DNA of 64,000 bases from IMG/VR virus record IMGVR_UViG_3300048572_000043, positions 1 to 64,000 of that record; one strand, written 5' to 3'. Positions 30,665-38,937 of the stretch are shown here, one piece after another (the stretch's first letter is position 1; every line of letters starts with the position of its first letter). Position numbers and translations under genes: made by a program. A model generated the notes under the pieces. That model ran no database searches. It was not told where the DNA came from and was given only the letters and a program-made list of their open reading frames with translations. The DNA comes from a virus. Lineage: Duplodnaviria > Caudoviricetes.

Positions 30665-32032
30665 TTAATCTTGAACAACTCCAGGTGCAAAATTATTTGG
30701 AACTGTTGTGCCAGTATTTCCAACATTAGCTGTTGGAGTTGAAATATCTTCTCTGGTTGGGACGGTTGTATTTACTGGTTGATCTAAATTAATAGTTGTA
30801 TTTGTGGTAGCAGTTGCTGGACCAGCTGATACTACTTGTGTTCTCATGGTATCTGCGTATAACTTTTGTGCTGTTCTTTGGGCTGCTTCCAAAGCTAAAG
30901 CTTGATTTCTTGCTGCGAAAAGTGCTTGAGCAATAACATTTGCAGCTGCATAAGGATTTACTCCAATATCAAATCTTTTAAATCTAAAAGATGTTCTGCC
31001 ATCTTTAGATCCTTCTGCTCCATAAGAAAAAGCTGCTCTAAAACCAAGTACTCCTGGTATTTGGTCACTAAAACCTACATTTGCTATAAATGTATCTTCT
31101 CCAGTGTGAGTAGCTATATTTGGAGGCGCAGTATGATATAAAGAAATATGAGTAGCAAGAGCATTTGCCCAAGACGTATAACTTGCATTTGAAGCGCTAA
31201 TGTTTGCAGCGAATTTAGCTTTAATAGCATTAAAATCTCCGTTTGCTACGAGTTCACTTATTCTGACTTTAAAAGATCCTTCACATCCAGCTTTCGCTTT
31301 ATCTTTTCTATTAATAAAAATTGCAGCTATGCAGCATATTTTTTCTTGTCCGCCAGTAGTATTTACTGTTATGTTGAATCGGTCTTCTCCTGATTTACTT
31401 GTTACTAATAATGGAGACAACCAAATTTGACTAGTTAAATAATAATCTCGTGGTTGAATTTTATCTATTCCGTAATACATTCTGAAAACTCTCATTGCAA
31501 AATCTTTACATTTGAATATGTATGCTGCATTATCTCCCTTGTCTATTAATTTAGCTTTTCCAGATTTATTTATTTTAGTTTCATTGTCTCTTCCAACTTG
31601 CAAGTACCTGTCTGCTATTTTTCCTGCGTGATCTTTATCTAAACTTTCTCCAGCAGTAGCAGCGAACTTTTCTTTTATCCAAAATGCTACAGATTCTCTA
31701 GGGTCTCCTGGATTGGTTATACTAGTATATTCGTAATCCCAAGTAGGATCACCTTGCGCAAATGCAGTTCCTAATTGCATTGGAACACCTGACATCATTT
31801 GAACTTTTAGTTGTTGACCAACGCCAGTTTGAAATCCATCACCATCTACTGGTATTGCTGTTCCAGCGTCTTCATTGAAATTTTTTCTTATTCCTGCTTC
31901 ACAATCAAAAACGCTACTTACTGTCTCAGCGGTACATCCACTGGTTTCTGCATCTGGACTTATGCTACTTATATTATTATCATTTACTTCATAAATATGA
32001 TAATCATTGTTGCCTAAATTATTTAAAGCCAT
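30665..32032 (-). CDS. hypothetical protein with Thr/Pro-rich C-terminal tail (possible virion protein)
   Basis: 455-aa Ala/Gly/Thr-rich ORF preceded by the GTGTAT motif. Confidence 0.6.
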   Translation of the reverse strand: MALNNLGNNDYHIYEVNDNNISSISPDAETSGCTAETVSSVFDCEAGIRKNFNEDAGTAIPVDGDGFQTGVGQQLKVQMMSGVPMQLGTAFAQGDPTWDYEYTSITNPGDPRESVAFWIKEKFAATAGESLDKDHAGKIADRYLQVGRDNETKINKSGKAKLIDKGDNAAYIFKCKDFAMRVFRMYYGIDKIQPRDYYLTSQIWLSPLLVTSKSGEDRFNITVNTTGGQEKICCIAAIFINRKDKAKAGCEGSFKVRISELVANGDFNAIKAKFAANISASNASYTSWANALATHISLYHTAPPNIATHTGEDTFIANVGFSDQIPGVLGFRAAFSYGAEGSKDGRTSFRFKRFDIGVNPYAAANVIAQALFAARNQALALEAAQRTAQKLYADTMRTQVVSAGPATATTNTTINLDQPVNTTVPTREDISTPTANVGNTGTTVPNNFAPGVVQD

Positions 32033-32121
32033 ATAAATATATACACCGTTTTTTAGTTAAATTTATAAAATGTATCATTTTATTCAATATAAAATGGAGC
32101 TAAAGGCAATTCTTTTAGACT

Positions 32122-32509
32122 TGGACCCGAAGAGAATTGAACTCTTGTCTTTTAAAAATCTAAATTAAAATACTACAAGTTTAGTTATTTTTATTTTTAG
32201 CTTTGTATAGATAAACAACAAACATACTCAGCGATTTTATTTTGAGTATTGAATATAAAAAGAATAAAAAAACTATTTATAATCAAACATCTAATTACGC
32301 AATATTCCAATAGATGTGTCATGGATATCACGCTGTAGACTTTAGGCTACAGAAGCGGTCAATTCAACAAGAGAAGCTCTTGCAGAGATATGACCTTTAT
32401 ATTTTGCTGTTTTGGCAGTTAATATAAGTGAAACTTTTTAAGGAGTCCTCGATTCAACCTCCACTTGCATTTTAAGTTATTTTCTTAAAATCGAAACCAG
32501 TACGGGCCC
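32122..32509 (-). ncRNA. ssrA: tmRNA
   Basis: 5' GGGCCCGTACTGGTTTCGA pairs with 3' ...GTTCAATTCTCTTCGGGTCCA (acceptor stem with G3:U, discriminator A, T-loop); TAACT-GCC resume context and tag ORF AKTAKYKGHISARASLVELTASVA*. Confidence 0.93.
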
Positions 32510-32538
32510 AATGTTAAAGAACTAATTAATCTTACACA

Positions 32539-32748
32539 TTATAAAGCTTTTAATAATCTTTGGCAATCTTTTTTATAAACAAAATTAAATTTGATTCTTG
32601 ATCCATTAATATCTGAAATTAATTGAGGCATGGCAATACATGGATATTCACTTGGTTCATCATAAATATTCTCATTAGAGATATTGTAATGCTTTACGCA
32701 TTTATATGAGTAAACTGTCCATCTAGCTTTATTTTTTATAATCTCCAT
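32539..32748 (-). CDS. hypothetical protein
   Basis: 69-aa ORF upstream of the tmRNA. Confidence 0.55.
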   Translation of the reverse strand: MEIIKNKARWTVYSYKCVKHYNISNENIYDEPSEYPCIAMPQLISDINGSRIKFNFVYKKDCQRLLKAL

Positions 32749-32770
32749 TTATATGTATTATAAATAAAAT

Positions 32771-32799
32771 TTGACAAAAGTTTAAAATTAAAATAGTAT
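32771..32799 (+). promoter_or_regulatory. sigma70-type promoter for the ncRNA
   Basis: TTGACA-N17-TAGTAT pointing into an ORF-free structured region. Confidence 0.7.
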
Positions 32800-32807
32800 A
32801 TAAGCAC

Positions 32808-33136
32808 ATAGTTCCCAATTAGAGCAGTTTGTTGATGTCAAAAAATCAACTATCAATCCCTGAGATAGCAATGTCATAAGGGCTGACAACTATTAAAACC
32901 TTCATTTGTACATTGTATGGCTAAAGAAGGAAATGTAGCTATAGGCATCGCAGAATGTAGTGATCGAAGCTACCTCTGATCCATAAGTGCGATGGCCCGT
33001 TCATCACTGAGATCGTGGTGAAATTTGGAGTCAAAAGAAAAGTTGGATTGATAATACTTAACTTCAGATACAACAAATCTGGAGGTAAAGCCCTTTTGGA
33101 TATCAAAGAAAAGTTATAAATAAAGAGAAGAACTAT
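32808..33136 (+). ncRNA. structured ncRNA of unknown family (~330 nt)
   Basis: terminal helix ATAGTTC/GAACTAT, long-range TATCAATCC/GGATTGATA, GCAA tetraloop hairpin, possible pseudoknot, G-U pairs favouring the + strand, own promoter. Confidence 0.7.
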
Positions 33137-33462
33137 TTCTTAATTAAGTGATTCTGTATTATATCAAAATTACGATCTAATTTGGCTTCTATTCTATCAA
33201 AGTAATCATCAAAAGATTCTTTAGTAACATAAGTAGTTGAAATTTTTAAAGCTAAATCTGATATTTCTTGTTGATGCTTTCTGCCCTCTGCTTCCATTTC
33301 TTTTCTTAAAGTTATAAAATCACTAAAAGTTTTATCGTTGATTTCTTTCATAAGATTCTCTTGTTTATCAAAAAGAGAAAATACTCTAGTAAATAACCAT
33401 CCACCTAGAAACGATAATGCTCCCAAAACAACATTAAATAATAATGTAATATCTAAATTCAC
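33133..33462 (-). CDS. small membrane protein with coiled coil (holin-like possible)
   Basis: N-terminal hydrophobic helix LLFNVVLGALSFLGGWLF. Confidence 0.65.
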   Translation of the reverse strand: MNLDITLLFNVVLGALSFLGGWLFTRVFSLFDKQENLMKEINDKTFSDFITLRKEMEAEGRKHQQEISDLALKISTTYVTKESFDDYFDRIEAKLDRNFDIIQNHLIKK

Positions 33463-33470
33463 ATATATAT

Positions 33471-33497
33471 TTACACTATATATTATATAGAGTGTAA
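33471..33497. promoter_or_regulatory. back-to-back pair of GTGTAA motifs (putative divergent phage promoters)
   Basis: TTACAC at 33471 and GTGTAA at 33492, each 8 nt from a start codon. Confidence 0.65.
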
Positions 33498-33505
33498 ATA
33501 ATAGT

Positions 33506-34321
33506 ATGGCATGCGGAAGTAATTCAAAAGCAAATTTTCCTAGTTATTTAAATAGTATTTTAAAAGATATTAATAATGGCAACGATGACGAACTGAAGAG
33601 TTGCGCTTGTTCATTAAAAATTCCTACCACAAACGCAGGATGCTTTATAAGTGACGGCGGTATAAATGGAGCTTTTCCATTTTGCTTAATAAATGGTACT
33701 CCAGCAGAAACAGGTCCAGATACAGATTATCCAATATCATTTAAACTAACTGATTTAATGAAATGGTACTGGACTGGAGATAAATATAAAATAAAAATTA
33801 ATTGGAGCGGCACAGAAAGAGGAGATTGCGGAAGAAATGGAGCACAAACTCAAACAGCAGATTTTGATTTTCAAGAGAGTGATTTTTTAGCAGAAAAAGA
33901 CAAGAAAAAAAGAGTATGCATTCAAAGTGCGACCAATGGTACTGCTAGTTTTAGTGGCAGTATCGTATATTATTGGCCAAGTACAAACCCATGCTGTGGA
34001 GATCCTCCAGAATGTCCAGATCCATATACTGAAACTTTTACATCATCAGTTGAAGTTGGTATAGATTTTGAAAATACATACATAGAAAACAATGGTACAG
34101 TTTGGCCTAAATTTAATTATGGTGGTGAATTTAGTAATGTAAGATGTGGGGATCCAGAACCAAAAGTTGGAGATGCTATGTCAGCTGGAACAAGAGCTAA
34201 ATTCGAAGGAAAATCTTTAGATCCATTATATTTTTGTTGGACTCCAAGTTGGGGCTCAAATGCTGCTTGGGGTTGGAGTGGAAGTATTAATATAACAGTA
34301 GAAATAACTTATTTAAAATAA
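33506..34321 (+). CDS. Cys-rich polymorphic family protein, copy A (most divergent)
   Basis: FPSYLNSILKDINNGNDDELKSCACSL..P....GC.....GAFPFC shared with six other ORFs. Confidence 0.85.
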   Translation: MACGSNSKANFPSYLNSILKDINNGNDDELKSCACSLKIPTTNAGCFISDGGINGAFPFCLINGTPAETGPDTDYPISFKLTDLMKWYWTGDKYKIKINWSGTERGDCGRNGAQTQTADFDFQESDFLAEKDKKKRVCIQSATNGTASFSGSIVYYWPSTNPCCGDPPECPDPYTETFTSSVEVGIDFENTYIENNGTVWPKFNYGGEFSNVRCGDPEPKVGDAMSAGTRAKFEGKSLDPLYFCWTPSWGSNAAWGWSGSINITVEITYLK

Positions 34322-34323
34322 TT

Positions 34324-35316
34324 TTAAATGTCTTCTTTGTTACCAGAAAAAATAATCTCGCAGTACTCTTTAAGTTCGTTAAGGATGTAATCTTTCATAG
34401 AATCAAAATTAATAAAATCAATATAACTTGGTCCTTTTTCATCATCTGTAATAATTTTATATTTATTAATGCTTTCTAAAATATCGCATTTGTTTATAAT
34501 TAATTTATTTGTGCCAGAAATTTTAATCGCTTGTTTTAAATGATTTAACCTCAACCAATTAACTATTCTTTTTCTACCTGTAGTAGAACCAAATTCTTTT
34601 CCAAGATCTATAATTTTATTAAGATCTTTATCTTGCCATAATAATTCTGGAAATAAAGGGTCTACTCCACTTTTAGTATCATAAATTTTTGCTACTCCAA
34701 TAATATTTCTTATCTTTTTAGGACTAAAACCTAAAGAGCAAGCTGAATAAGGAAGAGTTTCGCTACTTGTAACATATGGATAATCTCCATAATTTAAGTC
34801 CAGCCAAAAACTTTGAGCACCTTCACAGAGTATATTTCCATGAAGCTCACCATCCCAAAGATATTGTTTATCTAGATAATCTTTCGCAAGTTTACCAACT
34901 CTTAAAGCTTTGTCAGCATAGCAAGGAGCAATACCTTGACCAGTTGTACCAAGTTTTGGTTTTAAAAATTTAAGATCATACTGAATATGTCTTTCAGTAA
35001 TGATATGAGCTTTTTGGCTTACCTTAATTAATGATGTATCAAATCCTTCTTTTTTAAGATAATCTATTTCATCAAAAAATTTATCAATGTTGATAACGCA
35101 ATTTGGACCGATGATGCTAAGTTTATTTTGGAAAACTCCACAAGGAATAATATGAGTTTTATACTTTTTATCATTAAGATAAACTGTATGACCTGCATTG
35201 GGGCCACCATTCCAACGACAAACAATATCATAATTTTTGCTAATAGCATTACTTATTTTACCTTTTCCTTCATCTCCCCAAGCTAATCCAAAGATAATAT
35301 CTACTGAATTTATCAT
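34324..35316 (-). CDS. purA: adenylosuccinate synthetase (short form)
   Basis: WGDEGKGK, GGPNAGHT, EGAQ..LD..YGDYPYVTSS, GSTTGRKR, NKCD. Confidence 0.93.
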   Translation of the reverse strand: MINSVDIIFGLAWGDEGKGKISNAISKNYDIVCRWNGGPNAGHTVYLNDKKYKTHIIPCGVFQNKLSIIGPNCVINIDKFFDEIDYLKKEGFDTSLIKVSQKAHIITERHIQYDLKFLKPKLGTTGQGIAPCYADKALRVGKLAKDYLDKQYLWDGELHGNILCEGAQSFWLDLNYGDYPYVTSSETLPYSACSLGFSPKKIRNIIGVAKIYDTKSGVDPLFPELLWQDKDLNKIIDLGKEFGSTTGRKRIVNWLRLNHLKQAIKISGTNKLIINKCDILESINKYKIITDDEKGPSYIDFINFDSMKDYILNELKEYCEIIFSGNKEDI

Positions 35317-35370
35317 TTATAAACTATTGTATATTAAATATAAAATAAAATCAAGTGTAATTTTTAATAT

Positions 35371-36210
35371 ATGCCATGCGCCCTAACAGAACCAAGCAAT
35401 TATCCAGGCTATCTTAAAACTATTCTTAAAGAGATAGAGGTCGGGAATGATGAAGAATTAAAAGCTTGCGCTTGTTCTTTAAAAAGTCCAGTTACAGATG
35501 AAGGTTGTGTAATAGTTGATGAAGATGGCAAGGTTGGGGCTTTCCCATTTTGTTGCAGTTTAGTGACGGATGGAGTTGGTGATAACACCAGTTATCCATT
35601 AAAATTAACGCTAAAACAAGCTATGTTACTGTATTGGCAAACTATAGATTTTACCCATAACATTATCCCAACAGCCAATTATACAGTATATGGTCAACCA
35701 CCAGGAGAGTGTGGGGCAGCGGGGGGTAGCGGAGTTGATCAAACAGATAGTGATAGTATCTTGATTGCAGATGCAGGTTTTAACATTGTTACAAAAGCTA
35801 AACAAAGAGTGTGTCCATGCCATATATATTTGTTATATGCTTTTCCTGATGCTAGTCCACAAATATTAGGATATTTTTTCTTTGGAAGTGAATTAAAAAT
35901 GAAATATAAAAAAGAAGGAGAGATTTATTATTTTTATCCAAAGTTTGAGATGAGCAGAATTGGAGATTATAATTTTGCTTGGTCTATAAATGAATTCTCT
36001 TCTGGAGACTGTCCATGTGTTTGTTGTTCCCCATATTTAACATATACAGATTTTCAAGTAAAAATAAATGGAATTGAAGCATCTGAAGCACCTATTAAAG
36101 TTTCACTTTGTAATTCAAATGGAAGTTGTGCTGTTTGTAATAATTTAAAATCAGATATTTGGGCAACTTTTAGTACTTTAGAATTTAATACTTCACCTAC
36201 TTTATCTTAA
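35371..36210 (+). CDS. Cys-rich polymorphic family protein, copy B
   Basis: MPCALTEP..YPGYLKTILKEIEVGNDEELKACACSL...GAFPFC. Confidence 0.85.
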   Translation: MPCALTEPSNYPGYLKTILKEIEVGNDEELKACACSLKSPVTDEGCVIVDEDGKVGAFPFCCSLVTDGVGDNTSYPLKLTLKQAMLLYWQTIDFTHNIIPTANYTVYGQPPGECGAAGGSGVDQTDSDSILIADAGFNIVTKAKQRVCPCHIYLLYAFPDASPQILGYFFFGSELKMKYKKEGEIYYFYPKFEMSRIGDYNFAWSINEFSSGDCPCVCCSPYLTYTDFQVKINGIEASEAPIKVSLCNSNGSCAVCNNLKSDIWATFSTLEFNTSPTLS

Positions 36211-36671
36211 TGAATCATAATAAAATTATTGAAATTATTTTAAAAAATCAAGGTGTTTTAGTTGGAAGTTACATTAGAGAATGGTTAGGTAATGGCAAAC
36301 CCATGGATAATGGATGGAACGATATTGATATAAAATGTCCAATAGAAAATATAGAAAAGATACAAAAAGAAATTAAACAAATTGATCAATTAATAAATTT
36401 AGATTTTAAAGCTACATATTTTGATTCAAGTAATAGTGGATATTCAAGTAATTATTTTACTTATGACGGAAACTTTAAATTATGCAATAATATATATCCA
36501 AAGTATAATTTTGCTAGCGATCTCTGGTTAGATTTAACTAAAAAGAAAATATGTATATTTTTAAATACTTCGCCTATAGGAAGAAAATTAAATTTAGAAG
36601 ATAAATTTAAAAATAACAATTGGAAATTATTTTATAGATATAGTATCAAGGACCCTTATTTGATTGAGTAA
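36210..36671 (+). CDS. small Pol-beta superfamily nucleotidyltransferase-like protein
   Basis: LVGSYIRE...WNDIDI resembles the hGG.hRD...DhD motif of CCA/poly(A) polymerase head domains; TAATG overlap with copy B. Confidence 0.6.
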   Translation: MNHNKIIEIILKNQGVLVGSYIREWLGNGKPMDNGWNDIDIKCPIENIEKIQKEIKQIDQLINLDFKATYFDSSNSGYSSNYFTYDGNFKLCNNIYPKYNFASDLWLDLTKKKICIFLNTSPIGRKLNLEDKFKNNNWKLFYRYSIKDPYLIE

Positions 36672-36698
36672 TTTTAAAACCCTAGTGTAATTATTGAT

Positions 36699-37490
36699 AT
36701 GCCATGCGCCCTAACAGAACCAGGTAATTATCCAGGCTATCTTAAAACTATTCTTAAAGAGATAGAGGTCGGGAATGATGAAGAATTAAAAGCTTGTGCG
36801 TGTCAATTAAGATCTCCAGTTACAGATGAAGGATGTCTAATAACAGATCAAGCTGGTAAGGTTGGGGCTTTTCCATTCTGTTCTACTTTAGTAACAGATG
36901 GAGTAGGAGATGATACTGCATACCCACTAAAATTAACTCTTAAACAAGCCATGAATTTATATTGGCAAACAACAAATTGGAAATTTTCAGCAAGCGCCCA
37001 ATCTTCTTCTTCTTGTGGTAATAGTTGGAGTATTAATTATACTCAAAACAAAAGAATAACTTCTAGCGAAGTACCTCCAAGTAAAAATCTAGTATGTCAA
37101 AATATTTTTCAATATATAACCGACTATAATGGCTCCGCTTGTGGAGTAGATGGATGTACTCCTTTTACGGGTAATTATCTAATGTCTTCAATATTTGAAA
37201 CATTCAGTAATCAAATTAAATACAAAAAAGAAGGTGATATTTATTATTTTTATCCTTTTTTTTATTTAGGAACCGTAGGAACTTATGGAACATGCGCTGG
37301 TACACAACAAAGTATAGCTACATCTTGCGATGGATTTGGTTGGAGTAGCGGTAGAAGCTATACTGTTAATGTTAAAATTTTAAATGAAACAGTTACTACT
37401 CCATTAAGGATATATGAGAAAATATTTGATCCTACCGAAGATTGCAGTTATAGTGGAAGTAGTAATATTTCTATACTAGAATTTATTTGA
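36699..37490 (+). CDS. Cys-rich polymorphic family protein, copy C
   Basis: first ~98 nt nearly identical to copy B, variable C-terminus. Confidence 0.85.
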   Translation: MPCALTEPGNYPGYLKTILKEIEVGNDEELKACACQLRSPVTDEGCLITDQAGKVGAFPFCSTLVTDGVGDDTAYPLKLTLKQAMNLYWQTTNWKFSASAQSSSSCGNSWSINYTQNKRITSSEVPPSKNLVCQNIFQYITDYNGSACGVDGCTPFTGNYLMSSIFETFSNQIKYKKEGDIYYFYPFFYLGTVGTYGTCAGTQQSIATSCDGFGWSSGRSYTVNVKILNETVTTPLRIYEKIFDPTEDCSYSGSSNISILEFI

Positions 37491-37918
37491 TGAATCATCA
37501 GTTTATAATAGATACTATTATAAAAAATAATGGTATTATATTAGGTGGATATGTAAGAGAATGGATAGGAAATGGAAGCCCATCAAATTATAATTGGCAA
37601 GATATAGATATAAGATGTCCAAAAGATTCAATAGAAAAAATAAAAAAACAAATTCGTTCTTTATATCCTAATTTAATTTTAGATTTTTCACCAAATGAAT
37701 ATAGTGGATACAGGAGTCCTTATTCATGTAATCTTATACAATACGATGGAGAATTTAAAACTGTAAAATATCTTGGAGAACAAGATTATGTGGATTTAGC
37801 TAAAAATAAAATATGTATATATTTAAAAAATATTAGCGTAGGTAGAAAATTAGATTTTGAGCAAAGATTAATTAATGATGGTTGGAAGATAGAGTTCCCT
37901 TATTTGATGAAACCATAG
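37490..37918 (+). CDS. small nucleotidyltransferase-like protein, paralog of 36210..36671
   Basis: ILGGYVRE...WQDIDI; TGATG overlap with copy C. Confidence 0.65.
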   Translation: MNHQFIIDTIIKNNGIILGGYVREWIGNGSPSNYNWQDIDIRCPKDSIEKIKKQIRSLYPNLILDFSPNEYSGYRSPYSCNLIQYDGEFKTVKYLGEQDYVDLAKNKICIYLKNISVGRKLDFEQRLINDGWKIEFPYLMKP

Positions 37919-37931
37919 TGTAATATATATT

Positions 37932-38918
37932 ATGTTTAAATATATACTTGGATTATCAGCTTTTCTACTAGCTTCTTGTGCTGCATTTTTTTCAGTCAAA
38001 GGAATAGCTCTTTTATTCGCAGCTAGTTTTTGGAGCGTTGCAATAATGGCTGGAAGTTTAGAAGTAGCTAAATTAGTTAGCGCAAGCTATCTTTATAGAT
38101 ACTGGTCAGTAATACATGATTTGCTTAAAAAATACATGTTATCTGCTACTATATTACTTATGTGCATAACAAGTCTTGGTATCTTTGGTTTTCTTTCTGA
38201 TGCTTTTCAACGTAATTTCTCTCAATATTCTTTAAACTTAAATAAAATTCAAAGTTTAAAATCTCAACAAAACTTCTATATATCTCAAATAGATTTCAAT
38301 AAAAATAAATTAAAAGATCTTATAGAATTGCAAAAGACATATCAAACATCTTTAGATAATGCTGTTAAACAAGATGTTACTACAACTAAAACCACTGGCG
38401 GAGGATTCTTTAGTTCAGCTAAAACCGAAAAAGTAACAGACATTAAATTAGTAGAAAGCAAGAATAAGATCATTGAAGGATCTCAAAGCAATATTAATAA
38501 TTTATTCTCTCAAATATCCACGGTAACTTCTGATCTTCAAAATCTAGAAAAACAAAGTTTAGAGAATAGCCAAGAAATAATGAAGCTCGAAAGTGATAAT
38601 ACTAAAGGTGAAATTGGCACATTTAAATTTGTAGCAGATGCATTTGGATTAAAAATAGAAACTGCTGTTAGAATATTTATTATATTAATTGTTATTGTTT
38701 TTGATCCACTAGCAGTATGTTTGGTTATAGCCTATAATTCAATGATTAAGAAAATAGAAAATCAAGAAGCGCCAAAACCAGAACAAAAGATTCAAAATAT
38801 TATAGAAAAACCACTAGATACTTTTAAAGCTATATATGAGAACCTACATAAGAATTTTAAACGCGGAACAAAGACTGAACATAATCCAGACTTAGCGGAT
38901 CCAAGTTTGACACAATAA
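37932..38918 (+). CDS. multi-pass membrane protein with long coiled coil
   Basis: three N-terminal and one C-terminal hydrophobic helices (IVFDPLAV). Confidence 0.75.
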   Translation: MFKYILGLSAFLLASCAAFFSVKGIALLFAASFWSVAIMAGSLEVAKLVSASYLYRYWSVIHDLLKKYMLSATILLMCITSLGIFGFLSDAFQRNFSQYSLNLNKIQSLKSQQNFYISQIDFNKNKLKDLIELQKTYQTSLDNAVKQDVTTTKTTGGGFFSSAKTEKVTDIKLVESKNKIIEGSQSNINNLFSQISTVTSDLQNLEKQSLENSQEIMKLESDNTKGEIGTFKFVADAFGLKIETAVRIFIILIVIVFDPLAVCLVIAYNSMIKKIENQEAPKPEQKIQNIIEKPLDTFKAIYENLHKNFKRGTKTEHNPDLADPSLTQ

Positions 38919-38937
38919 GTATTGTGTATATAATATT

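Noticed and set aside
32808-33136. RNase P RNA, SRP RNA or HDV-like ribozyme
   Set aside because: Short RNase P-like words occur (GCAGAA, GGTGAAA, GGTAAAG) but the universal P4 strands are absent; there is no SRP helix 8 motif and no HDV P3/L3 consensus.
34324-35316. PurZ (Z-genome, 2-aminoadenine synthesis)
   Set aside because: Retains the PurA catalytic Asp (WGDEGKG rather than GSTGKG) and a GTP-type NKCD motif; no dATPase or MazZ-like gene nearby.
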